DNA of 64,000 nt from Hypanus sabinus (taxonomy: Eukaryota): contig NC_082731.1 of assembly GCF_030144855.1 (NCBI RefSeq), forward strand, positions 22,258,001 to 22,322,000. The letters are read 5' to 3'. The number at the start of each line of letters is the position of its first letter. Positions within the stretch are counted from its first letter, which is position 1. The notes beneath the pieces were generated by a model. That model was given only the letters and a program-made list of their open reading frames with translations. It had not been told where the DNA came from and made no database searches. A program made the position numbers and the translations under genes. Below, in pieces: positions 12,128-23,841 of this stretch.

Positions 12128-12340
12128 CAACACACACAGAGTGCTGGTGGGACACAACAGGCCAAGAAGCATCTATAGGGAGAAGCACAGTCGACGTGTC
12201 GTCAGCGTCCTGACGAAGGGTCTCGGCCCGAAACTTCGAAAGTGTTTCTCGCTATAGATGCTGCCTAGTCTGCTGTGTCCCACAAGCATTTTGTGTGTTT
12301 TGCTTGATTTTTTTCATATGCAGATTTCCTCGTGTTTACT
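12128..12340 (+). mobile_element. Penelope-derived inverted-repeat insert with 14-bp target-site duplication
   Basis: Inverted arms of about 70 bp; flanked by CCGGAAATATCACA at 12114-12127 and 12341-12354. The empty site is seen at 39056-39069. Confidence 0.8.
12207..12241 (+). ncRNA. Minimal hammerhead ribozyme-like motif (mutated in the stem III/cleavage region)
   Basis: GTC CTGACGA A GGG TCTCGG CCC GAAA CTTC: CUGANGA core, 3-bp stem II, GAAA. The paralog has GAAACGTC. Confidence 0.55.
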
Positions 12341-13199
12341 CCGGAAATATCACAGTTCTACAAGCTATTTTACGTGTTCCTGATGCTAAAGACGGTCAAA
12401 CGTTCAACTGAGGCATAAATTATGATTACATCCCCAAATACGATGTAGTGATAAGAGAGAACACTGACAGAAAATTTCAACACAGTTTATTGTAAGTATA
12501 ACGGGACCTTTGGTATGCACAGGTGAGAGATAAAGCAAAGTAGAACGTTACTGCTCAAAATTGTATTTCAAATGGCATATTGCCAACAGATTTCCTCTGG
12601 AAAATCAAAGTAATACTGAAAGATTAGATTATCACTTGTTTAAAGTACTGTTCCGAACAATGTTGTGCAATGAATTACCAAATTGTCGGAATGTTACCTA
12701 ACAACATGCCAACACGATATTCGAACATTGCCCCTTAGCATTGGTAACGGTTGAGAACAAATCGGGTCGTGACTTTGAAGGGGGGTCGTTAAACGCTTCG
12801 GATGAATCGAAATATTCCCGTGCGTAAAACTGCATCTCATTGGTGGGTGCAAACCTTCTTCAACTAATGGCGTCAACCATCGATCTCGAGACACTTTTGC
12901 CCAATGCAGTTCAGAAAATTAGTGGGCTGTGGGTAACCCTAATGTACATATATGTTCTGCACAGGATTGTTGGCAGAAGTGCCTGTATTGTGCTGTGGAT
13001 CTTCTGTGGATGAGGCAATATATCTAACTCACGCAGTTGATTTGAGTATTTAGCAGCCAAATTTACAGAAATAGATTAAAAGAGAAAAAAACAAGCTTCT
13101 GGACGGGAATCGTTGATTAGAGTGCTGCACTGACGCTGCCTGAGCGTTCCCACGCAAGTTCTATAAAGATTTTCGACGGCGGTGCCTATAACAGAGAGT

Positions 13200-15835
13200 T
13201 ACAGCATAGCGAGCTAGTCATTGCGGGAGTGGTTGTATTAGGAATAGTCTGACGTAGCGCACTAAGGCTTTGGCTTAACAAGGCTTATTTGAGTTCAGGC
13301 AGAGTCATTTTAGGGGTATTTCCTAGTGCTTATTGAACTGAATGTCTGCTGAGCCGGAGTCCGTTCTGGCTGTAAGTTGTGCGATTTTCAGGAGGCCTCC
13401 AGTCGCTCCAATGGCTACATCTGCGCCAGGTGCATTGCAATGCATATCTTTAGGGACTGTGTAACCGGACGTGTAGCGCGATGACCTTCAGCTGGCTGGG
13501 AGAAGTAAAACAGAGATAAATAGGAGCAACCGGGAGTTCGTATTTCCCATTCTGTAGGAGGTAGATAAATGTGTAATTGTAAAGACAGGAAAGCGGGAAC
13601 ACCTAATAGTGTTAAGCATACCTGTGCCCGAACTGCTCAACAATACGTCGACCGTTTTGAGTGCTGTTTGTGCTAACGACCTAACGGGAATGCAGCAGAA
13701 GCCGCGTCTCTGGCACCTATTTTTTAGAGTAAGCAACTGAAGTGGATAGCATCTGTAACAACGGACTTTATATTCATGGGTTTAGATTTGTGAATTTATG
13801 GACCATATGGGCAGTAGGCAATAGAGAATAGTTGCAGGAGCGGGTCATTCGGTTCTTCGAGCTATCATCGCACTTCACTGTGATCATGGTTGATCAGCCA
13901 CAGTTAGTATCACGTTCCTGCCTTCTCCCCATATCCATTGGCTACGCTATCCTTAACAGCTCTATCTAACTCCTGCTTGAAAGCAACCAGAGAATTGACG
14001 TGCACTGCCTTCTGAGGCAGAGCATTATACAGATCCATAACTCATTGGGTGTAAATGCTATTCATCAACTCCGTTCTATATTGCCGACCCATTATTCTTT
14101 AATTGTGACCACTAGTACTGGACTCCCCCAACATCGGGAGAATTTTTCCTGCCTCTAAAGTGTCGAATCCCTTAATAATTTTATACGTTTCAATCAGATC
14201 CCCCTCTCATCCTTCTAAATTACAGTGCATACAAACCAAGTCGCTACAATCTTTCAAACTATGATACTGCCGCCATCCCCGGAATTAACCTTGTGAGCCT
14301 ACTCTAAATTCCCTCAACTGTTCGAATGTCCTTCCTCAAATTCTGAGACCAAAACTGCACACAATAACCCAGGTGTGGTCTCACCAGGGCCCTGTGCAAC
14401 TGCAGAAGGACCTTTATGCTCCTGTAACTCAAATTCCCTTGCTATGGAGACCAAAATGTCATTGGCTTTCTCCATTGCCTGGTGTACCTGCGTGCTTGCT
14501 TTTAGTGACTTATGAAAAAGAACACCTTGGTCTAGTTGTACTTCCCCTTTTCCTAACGTAACACCATTCAGATAGTAATCTGCCTTCCTGTTCTTGCCAA
14601 CAAAGTGAATAATCTCAAATTTATGCACATTAAACTACATCTGTCATGCATCTGCCCACTCATTCAAACTGCCCAATTCACCCTGCGTTCTTATAACATC
14701 TTCCTCACATTTCACACTGTCACCCAACTTTGTGTCATCTGCAAATTTGATAATCTTACTTTTAATCCCTTCATCTAAATCGTCAGTATATATTGTAAAT
14801 TCCTGCGGTCCCAGCTCCGAGCCTTGCGATATCCCGCAAGTAACTGTCTTCCGTTAATCCCTACACTTCGTTTCCTGTCTGCCAAACAGTTTTCTATCCA
14901 TGTCAGTACCCTACCCCCAATACAACGTGCTTTACTTTTGCTCACTGATCTCCGATGTGGAATCATCTGAAAGGCATTCTGAAAGTCCAGGTACAGTACA
15001 CTCACTGGCTCTCCCTTGTCTATTTTCAGAGTTTCATTCTCAATAAATTAGAGTAGATTAGACAACCATGATTTCCGCTTCGTAAATCCATGCTGACTCG
15101 GACCGATCCTGTTACTGCTATCCAACTAGCCAGCGAAAAAGAAAATTCAGAGCTATGAATCAAGCTGATTAGCTGGAGCTCAAGTGCAGTGTTGTTGGAA
15201 TTGCATGTATGCAGAAACGGTGTCTGTTCTGGGTGTCCAGTGTAGGATTTTCGGGAGACCTCCAGTGGCTGCAGTGGCTACATCTGAGCCAGCTGGATTG
15301 AAATGAAGCACTTTAGTGACTATGTAACTGGAGGGGCAGCTCGATAGCCTTTAGCTTCTTAGGGAAGCTAAATCAGCGATAGGAAGGAGCAACCGGCAAT
15401 TAGTCACTCCAATTCTATAGGAGGTAGATAATTGTGTGATCGTAAGGAGAGGGAAGCGGGAACACCTAATAGTGGTACGTCTAACTGTGGACGCCATGCT
15501 CAACAATATTAGTCCTTTTTGAGAGCTGTTTCGGTGAAACGATCTAACGGAAATGCAACAGAGGCTGTGCCTCTGGCACCTACTTTAGCCCTGTGGCGCT
15601 GAAATGCAAGCAACTGACGTTCGTAGCACCCTAAACAGCAGACTGTATAGAGATGGTATAGAATAACGAATTTATGGATTCATGGACACAACATGAAAGT
15701 GTAAATAGTAAATGGTCTAAAGAGTGTTCGGACCTTAGATGATTCCAGGAACCTCCAGAATGTACTAAAACAGGAGTCTGAGCAGCCAAAAGTTGTGGTG
15801 CCAATTAGTATAAACAACATGGGGAAAAAACTGAA
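13200..15835. mobile_element. CR1 cluster: sense 5'/ORF1 pieces flanking an antisense RT fragment (about 13810-15130)
   Basis: Minus-strand ORFs 14775-15005 (VLYLDFQNAFQMIPH..VLTWIENCLADRK) and 14314-14628 (EIIHFVGKNRKADYYLNG). Esterase-like EQPKVVV near 15780. Confidence 0.8.
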
Positions 15836-15839
15836 TTGT

Positions 15840-16980
15840 TGTTAACACAAGAACACTTATGCACATCTGGGAGGCACATGTCAGTCAGCAAGGGGGAAGT
15901 TGGAGTGTGCATTTTGACAGCATTGTTTGTTCACCCTGTTCTCCAATCTGCATTTAACGAAGCGCCCAGGCGCATTAGCCTGGTGGATGATCATAAGCGA
16001 GGGACTGTACACCTAGTCCAATCCATTGGTGCTCCTGCTTAGGGAATCAAATAGAGTGATGGAAGCACCAAATTTCCAGGAATGCATGATCTCGAGTTCC
16101 ACTTGATTGATGTTTTACTTTTCGTGTACTCTTAAGGTCCGAACCTCTCTGTTCTACTGGTTAACAGGATGACAGTTAATGTCCGGAGAAATTCGCAGAA
16201 GAATGTCTCCTTTAAGCAGGGGTGTTAATGGCAGATATCTCTTCATTGACGGAATGTCGAGTGTCTATGTGAGACAAACCGGAGCGAAATTCTTACAAAA
16301 ATTTGCCGAGTCATTCAACATTGGGGATTCCCCGGTAAATGGAAGCTGGAAGAAGTTGTTAGAGTATGCGTTGAGACTGGAAGATGCAGTTTCTATTGAT
16401 GATTCTGTTGTTGGTAGCTCTGAAAACACTCATTAACCACCCGGTTGACAGAGAACACCCCATTCAGAGGAGGGACGCCGTTCGGCAGCTTATAATGAAG
16501 TTGAAGGAAGCAGGTCTCATCATTGTGTCTAGATACATATTTCTGTCTCCACTAGTGGTGAGCAGAATGAAAAATGCTAAGGTACAGTTTTATGTCGATT
16601 TTCGGACGCTGAACAAGCTAGCAGTTCCCGAAATGCCTTCGGTACAGAGAAGCGAAAGTGGACCCTATCTAAGCAGACAATATGAAACATTCTACGCTGT
16701 CTGTATTACTGACAGAGCGGTCCATATTGGAGCTGATGAACCAGTTTCAATGCCGGTATCGTCGCCTCCAGATCGTCCACGGCGGTATCAGCTGGTTCTA
16801 CCTGAGAATTATTGTTGTATTGAATTGACGTTAGTTAATGATGATTCCGGCCATTTGGGGTGTGCAAGAGCTGTGGTCTGTTAGTTATCGGTTCTGTTAA
16901 GTGCGAACGAAGCCGGAGGTCGAAGAGCTCATTTGGTCGTGCATTCGATGCATAAAGAGGAAGACGCTCCCTACGAGGTC
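15840..16980 (+). mobile_element. Old Gypsy pol remnant (protease end, RT, start of integrase region), unit A
   Basis: ORF 16384-16884 contains SPLVVSRMKNAKVQFYVDFRTLNK (RT). Homologous to 33870-34760. Confidence 0.75.
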
Positions 16981-17384
16981 TGCTCCCTAGCAGGCTGGAG
17001 CGACTCAGTTCAAGACTGGGACGAACAGGCAGAGAGTGTGAGTCGAGGCAGGGTTTAAGTGGACCGGGTAATGAGCGAGAACAGAAACAGGTGGGTGCTA
17101 TTGAGGAGATAAGTGGTTAATTGGCGAGAGTCTGATTAGGGAAGGGGCTGGTTCAAAGCCCACATGGCCATGTGAAAGAAGGTAGAATTTAAGGGATGTA
17201 GTGGTCGCGAGCCGTCAGCAGACCCCGTGTTCAGGTCAGTACGTTAAAAGACCCGCCCCCCCCCCCCCAACTCTTCCAAATATGCGTCTCCAGACGTCCT
17301 TCTTGCCGGTATGGGATAGCTTCTATGAAAGTGCCGTCAGGGAGAGGGATCCAGGATATCCCGAGCGGGGATCTCGCACCTTTC

Positions 17385-18035
17385 CTAGGGGCCATAGCCC
17401 ACCCAATCCACGAGATATTGCAGTCCACGGCCACTGCGTCGAACGTCCAGTAACAGGCGCATAGTGAAGGCCTCCGAGCCAGCAATGAGACGGGGAGGGG
17501 GAAAGGAATTCAGAGCGGGACAGAGGGGGTGGTAGACGAAGGGCTTAATTCTTGAAACATGGAAGGTAGGGTGAATCCTGCGAAGGGTAGGGGATAGATC
17601 CAGACGCACCACCGAAGGGCTGATCACCTTGGCGATGTGGAAAGGTCCAACGTATCGTGGCGCCAGCTTGCGGGAGTCTACCTTTAAGGGGATATCCCGC
17701 GAGGGTAACCACACTTTCGGACCCTGGTCGTAACGGGAGACCTCGATGCCGTGACGGTCTGCTTGCTGCTTTGTTCTGGCTTTAGACTGAAGCAGCACCT
17801 CTCGGGCTCGCTTCCAGGTCCGTGAACACCTCTGGACAAATGCTTCGGCTGTAGGAACGACCACTTCCTCCTCTTCATGTTCGAATAAGGGGGGTTGATA
17901 GCCAAGACAGCACTGGAACGGTGAAAAACCAGATGAGGTAGAAGGTAAGGAATTGATGGCGTACTCGACCCAGGGAAGTTGCTGACTCCAAGAGGAACGT
18001 TCCCGAGACGTCACACAACGGAGTATCACCTGCAC
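17385..18035 (-). pseudogene. Gypsy integrase C-terminal part with GPY/F motif and chromodomain start
   Basis: [50 protein letters not shown]. Confidence 0.9.
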
Positions 18036-20997
18036 CTGCTGATTGCCCGCTCGGTCTGCCCATTACTCTGTGGATGAAACCCAGATGAGAGGTTAACCTT
18101 GATCCTGAGAAGTTTGCCAAAAGCCCCTCAGAAGTGGGAGGTAAATTGTGAACCTGTGTCAGGCACGACTTCAACGGGAAGACCATCAATACGGAAAACA
18201 TGCCGCATCACCAGGTCGGTAGTCTCCTCGGCCGAGCGCAGCCTGGGAAGGGGTACAAGAGGACCTATTTGGAGAACCGATCTACTACGGTAAGAATGGG
18301 GTGTTACCGTCAGACAGGGGAGACCTTTGACAACGGCCAGTGCAATGTGTGCCCAAGTCCTTTTCGGGACAGGTAGGAGTTGCAGGAGACCAGTGGGTGT
18401 TTGTTCTGGGCACAAACTGGGCAGGCAGAAATGAAGCTCTCGACATACTTTGTCAGCGATAGCCACCAAATTCTTTGTCTGATGAGGGCCGTCGTGCGTC
18501 TGATGGCACGGTGACATGCCAGTCTGCGGGTGTGTCCCACTGGAGAACCTGGGAACGGACAGACTGGGGGACATACAATAGGTTAGCGGGACACGCACCA
18601 GGAACCGACTCACACTGTTGGGCCGACCGGAACATAGATACAATCTTCTACCGTGCTGCAGCGATCAGACTTTGCTTGGGGAGAGTGGTCGTAACCTCAG
18701 CTGCCTCGTCGGTTGTGGGAAACTGCCTGGAAAGTGCGTCAGGCTTACGGTTCTTCGAGCCAGAGCGGTAGGTCAGGATGAACCTGAAACGGGCAAAAAA
18801 CAGTGATCACCGAGCCTGGCGAGAATTGAGGCGTTAGGCAGAACGGATATATTCCAGATTCTTGTGATCCGGCCATACTAGAAAAGGGGTAGTCGTCCCC
18901 TCAAGCCAATGCCGCCATTACTTCAGAGCAAGTACAACCGCCGACAACTCTCGTTCGCCGATGTCATAGTTGCGTTCTGAGGGCGAAAATTTGTGGGAGA
19001 AAAAGGCGCACGGGTGTTCCTTGTTTCCTCTGCTGAACGGTTTGACAGGATAGCCCCAACTCATATTTCTGAGGTATCCGTCTCTACAATAAACTGCCTG
19101 GTTGGTTTGGCCTGACGGAGGATAGGGGCACTGGTGAAACGAGTCTTCAGATCCGAAAAGGCTTTCTCAGCCGCTGGATTCCAGGTGAGCTTCGACTTGG
19201 AGGAGGTTAGGGCAGTCAGCGCGGCGGCCAGGATGCTGAAGTATCGAATGAATCGGCATAGAGGTTGGAAAACCCAAGAAAGCGTTGAACCCCCCCGTCG
19301 AAATGCAGGTTGCGGCCACTCCTCTACCGAGTGTCCATCTGGATTCCTCCAGCGCTGATCACATATCCCAGGAACGAAGTTGAACTCCAGTGAAATTCTC
19401 ACTTCTCCGCCTTCACAATGAACCGGTTCTCCAGGTGTCGTTGGAGGACCCGGCGGACGTGCTGCAAATGTTCCGAGAGGGACCTTGAAAATATCTAAAT
19501 GTCATCCAGGTATACGAATACAAATTGGTTAAGCCTGTCTCGGAGGACGTCACTTACCAGAGACTTGAACACAGCAGGACCATTGGAAAGTCCGAAAGGC
19601 ATAAACAAATATTCATAGTGCCCAGAAGGCGTATTGAACGAGGTCTTCCACACATCCCCCTCCCTTATACGGACCAAATTGTAAGCAGTGCGGAGATCGA
19701 GCTTGGAAAAGATAGAAGTACCCTGGCGCAGTTCAAATGCGGATGACATAAGCGGAAGAGGATAGCGGTTTTAAATGGTGACCTCATAGAGACCTCGATA
19801 GTCCACGCACGGGCGCAGGGACCCGTCCTTCTTGGCTACAAGGAAGAAACCTGCGCCTGCTGGGGAAGAAGAGGGACGTATAATTCCTGCAGCCAGGCCT
19901 TCCTGATATATTTATCCATCGCCCCCCTTTCAGGTGTAGACAGGAAATACAGACTGTCCCGAGGTGGTGAGGCTCCCGGAAGGAGATCGATAGAACAATC
20001 ATCGGGACGATATGGGGGGTAAGGTGGTGGCCCGAGTCTTGCTGAATACCAGATTTAGGTCCCGATATTCTGGGGGTACAGAGGACAGATCGGGAAACTC
20101 TTCTGTAGGCAGAGGAGTCGGTCTTAGAGTGGAATGAGCAATACCAAGACAATGATTTAGGCAGAAGGGACTGCAGCTTAATACTTCGTTTTTCGTCCAA
20201 TCGATGCGTGGACCGTGCAGCGTTCGCCATCGGTGACCTAACACAACTTCCGCTCTTCGGAAGTCGATCACATGAAAAATAATAATCTGTTGATGATTAC
20301 CAGAAATGAAGAGACTCACCGGCGCTGTAGAGTGGGTAATCAAGGCCGTTATCAACCCGGTTATGTCGCTGGGTTCCAGGGGTTGCTTTAGACGGGAGAG
20401 TGGCTTCCCGAGTTTGGCCACCAAACTGGAACTGACAAAGTTTCCCTCAGCCCCGGAGTCGATGAAGACTGAGACAGTATGTCCCCTCTCTTCAGCCAAT
20501 ATAGAAGCGGGTAGCAGGTTCTGTGTGATAGGGGATCGAGAAAAGGAAGCATTGCTCGTCCGTAGTCCCCTATTGACGAGCGAGCGTTGTCTTTTACAAG
20601 CAAACTGGAAACATAGTAATCAGCCTCACCAGAGTATAGACAAGAGTTGGTCGCTCCGAAGGAGACAAATAAGCATGTTCGATCTGCGTGGGTTCTGTTG
20701 GGATAGATCGGGGTGACTGACGATTTGGAGAAGAAGGCGTGGGTGCAGACTGGTAGAATGTCAGACGTCCCCTGGTGGTTCTTCCAGAACCACGGATCTC
20801 ACGTTCCGGCTGACGCTGTTTTATACATTGTAATCAGCCTGACCACAGTATAGACAAGAGTTGGTCCGACGTCTCCTCCTTCGCTCCGAAGGAGACAAAT
20901 AGGCATGATCGATGTGCATGGGTTGTGCTGGGCTGGATGGGGGTCACTGAGGATTCGGAGAAGGAGACGTGGGTGCGGGCTGGAAGAATGTCAGACG

Positions 20998-21768
20998 TCA
21001 CCTGGTGGTTCTTCGAGAACCCCGGAACTCACGTTGCCGCTGACGCTGTTTTATGCGGCTAACAATTTTAATGGCCAAATCAACCAGCTTCTGGAAGTCG
21101 CTAGGCAGGTCGCGGAGGGTTTGTTCATCCTTAACCTCCTCGCTCAATCCAAAGAGGAACTCGTCCGATTGGGCTTCCGAATCCCAGTGGGTAGTGGCGT
21201 CTAGCGTGCGGAACTCAATGGCGTAGTCCGAAACCGAGTGGGTACCCTGACAAATCCGGAACATCTCCCTAGCTGCTTCTCGCCGCTGCTGGGAGAAGTC
21301 GAACACTCTTTTAATCTCCTCACAAACGTCTTCAAACGTGTGGCAAAACGGAGCTCTGCCGTCCCACACGGCCGTACCCCACTCTCTTGCTCTTCCCGAG
21401 AGCAACGTGATCACATAGATACGGGATCGATCGGTGGGAAATGTAGCGGGCTGCAGCTCAAATATCAACGGGCATTGGGACAGGAAGGATCTGCAGGTGC
21501 TTGGGTCGCCATTGTAAATTTCGGATAGAAGTAACCGGGGCTCTCCGGTTGTGAGGGTTGGAGCCTGGGGGGCTGATGTTGCTGCAACAGGAGGGTTAGG
21601 TCTCGGTGTTAGTTGAATCTGCTGCAGCTGGGAGCCCGTACTGGTCAAAGAGGCTGAGAAGGCTTCCATTGACTGGGTATCAGAGGCGAACTGTGCTTCG
21701 TGCCTCCCTAATAACACTCCCTGCCGGGGAAGGGCCTCACGAACCTGGCTGTTGTCTGCTGGGTCCAT
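20998..21768 (-). pseudogene. Gypsy gag N-terminal ORF (256 aa)
   Basis: Starts 15 nt after the 5' LTR. YNGDPSTCRSFLSQC..LLSGRAREWGTAVW..QGTHSVSDYAIEFRTL resembles retrotransposon gag. Confidence 0.9.
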
Positions 21769-22303
21769 ATGACCTGTTCGTTCTGTGAGGAGGGGCCGGT
21801 TGCGGGAGGACTCAAGTGCAGACCATCGAATGTTCTTTTACCAGGATTTTATTTGCGGCCCCAGGGTCAACTGTCTTTCAACACCAGGAGGCAGGCAGGA
21901 AGTCGGAATGGCAGGTGGAGGTCTTACTCGAGAAAGGCTGTCCCGCGAGGGCAGACGATTACGGGTGCTTCAGGCGAGCATCGAGTTCCAAAGAGGCGGA
22001 ATCCGGAAACACAGAATTCAACAAATTCACTATAGCAGGCTGCAACGACTCCGTTCACGACTGGGACGAACAGGCAGAGAGTGTCAGTCGAGGCAGGGTT
22101 TAAGTGGACCGGGCAATGAGCGGGAGCATAAATAGGCGGGTGCTATTGAGGAGAAAAGGGGGTAATTGGCAAGAGTCCGATTGGGGAACAGGGAAGTTCA
22201 AAGCCCTCATGACCAGGTGAAAGAAGGTAGAATCTGAGGGCTGTAGTGGTCCAGAGCTGTCAGCAGAGCTCTTGGACTCTGTGTTCAGGTCGGAACGTTA
22301 CCA

Positions 22304-23480
22304 TGGTTATGATGGATTACTACACACGATATGCACAAAACCTCCCTCCCTTGGATCAGAAGGTGTCTAACATGGCCAGTGTTGTGGAAAAAGTATTACG
22401 TTTATTTTTTGATGGAATTTCCAGCATAGCGTCATATATGAGTTATTGAGCATGCTTGGAGTTGAGCCTAATGGTTCAATCGGACCTTGCTGGACATGCT
22501 CGGAGACTTGGAGTTCTCGTTAGAAAGAACAAGTTGGCTCAATATATAGGATATCTGGTCCACTGCTCCAACTGTACACAGAATAAAGCAACCAGCTACT
22601 ATCCATACTATCTGATATTTGTGCGCAAAGCAAAGTTGCTCGGCTCTGTTGTTTTAGGACTGGTGGAAAGGATCTACAGTAGATGTCTTATATAAAATGT
22701 TTGTCAGATATAAGCTGAGGAAAGTTTATGAACTACCTGTGGTCTCGGCTACCAAGCAGAATCAAGGAAATAAAATGACTTATAATCAAAATGTTAGGTT
22801 CTCCCAACTAGTGGCCAAATACCGAGTACTTATAATTAATTTATGACACCTAGCAAGAATGTTTACAAACAGTTTAATCATTGCGTCTCCCAGTTTTAAA
22901 GGCCCTCCAGTTTTAAAACATCACCATTCTTCCTGCAATGAAAAAGACCAACAAAACATATATGAGCAAATGGCGTTCTGTCGCACTCAACTAAATAATG
23001 AGATGATGCATAAGTACTACATTGGCAGTATGCTGCCTCCCATGCTGGACGACTAGAATTCACCTATCCTCACAACGGATCGACAGCCGACACAATAGCC
23101 ACAGCTCTACACACCGTCCTCACACAACGAGAAATGAAGGATGGTATTGTTACAGTGCAGTTCTTGAAATACAGTTGAGCATTCAACACGATCATTCCCT
23201 CCAGGCTCCATAAGAAGCTCAGACACCTCGGCCTTCTCCTTTGCTTGTGTGGCTGGATGTTGTGCAGCACAGATGTGAACTGCGCACTATTCCAGATATT
23301 TGCAAAGAACGATGTATAAAAATAGCCAAATAAACCTTTGGGGGCCGGAGTCACAACAATAGTAAACTGTTCCATCTGCTACCATCCCCGAAAATGTACA
23401 GCAGCAAAAACAACAGGACCAAAAGTCTATGGGAAAGCAGGGCCTGCCGGCAAGCAGAGAGCGGCGGTTACACTCAGCTG
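22304..23480 (+). mobile_element. Old Gypsy integrase remnant running up to the V2 RSS
   Basis: MMDYYTRYAQ..DQK..EKVLRLFF..YYPYYLIFVRKAKL integrase-like residues. Homologous to 34850-36050. Confidence 0.7.
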
Positions 23481-23498
23481 CCACTAGAGAACGCAAGT

Positions 23499-23537
23499 AG
23501 TTATTGTACAGGTTCTGACTACTTCTGTACCCCTGTG
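23499..23537 (-). other. Recombination signal sequence, 23-bp spacer (V2)
   Basis: CACAGGG GTACAGAAGTAGTCAGAACCTGT ACAATAACT. Confidence 0.92.
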
Positions 23538-23841
23538 GGTCTCAGAGCACAGTAATACACGGCAGTGTCTTCTAGCTTTGTTTCGGATACTGTCATTGGG
23601 ACAGTTCTACTTGAAACATTCAACTGCCCAGTGAACCGTTGTCGAAGAATGTTCTCTCGCTGGCTGTCAAATTTTGCAAGGCGCAACAGAAACTGTAGTG
23701 AACCTCCGGGATACTGACGGTACCAGAATAAATCGGGGCTCGAGCTTGTTGTTGTATAATTGCAATTTAACACTGCAACGTCCCCTTCCGTGACTGTAGT
23801 GACAGCAGCTGGCTGATAAACGGCATCGCCTCGGCAATATC
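23538..23841 (-). CDS. TCR alpha/delta-type V exon V2, intact reading frame
   Basis: GYCRGDAVYQ..VLNCNY..LFWYRQYPG..RFTG..EDTAVYYCALRP. Cys23, Trp41 and Cys104 present; AG acceptor and 23-RSS present; leader exon not found. Confidence 0.9.

Larger units (their letters stand above)
16988..22303 (-). mobile_element. Ty3/Gypsy LTR retrotransposon with chromodomain integrase, decayed
   Basis: 5' LTR 21784-22303 (TG...CA); partial 3' LTR 16988-17248; G-rich PPT at about 17250-17268. gag, protease (FIDSGAEGNF), RT ([20 protein letters not shown]), RNase H (VETDTSEI), integrase and chromodomain ([22 protein letters not shown]) occur in Gypsy order. Confidence 0.96.
9140..23480. repeat. Tandem repeat unit A (V1, upstream region, old Gypsy spacer), interrupted by a younger Gypsy
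   Basis: Colinear similarity to 23480-36050 and 36050-42600, seen block by block. Left breakpoint near 9140, where similarity to the V2/V3 3' flanks stops. Confidence 0.85.
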
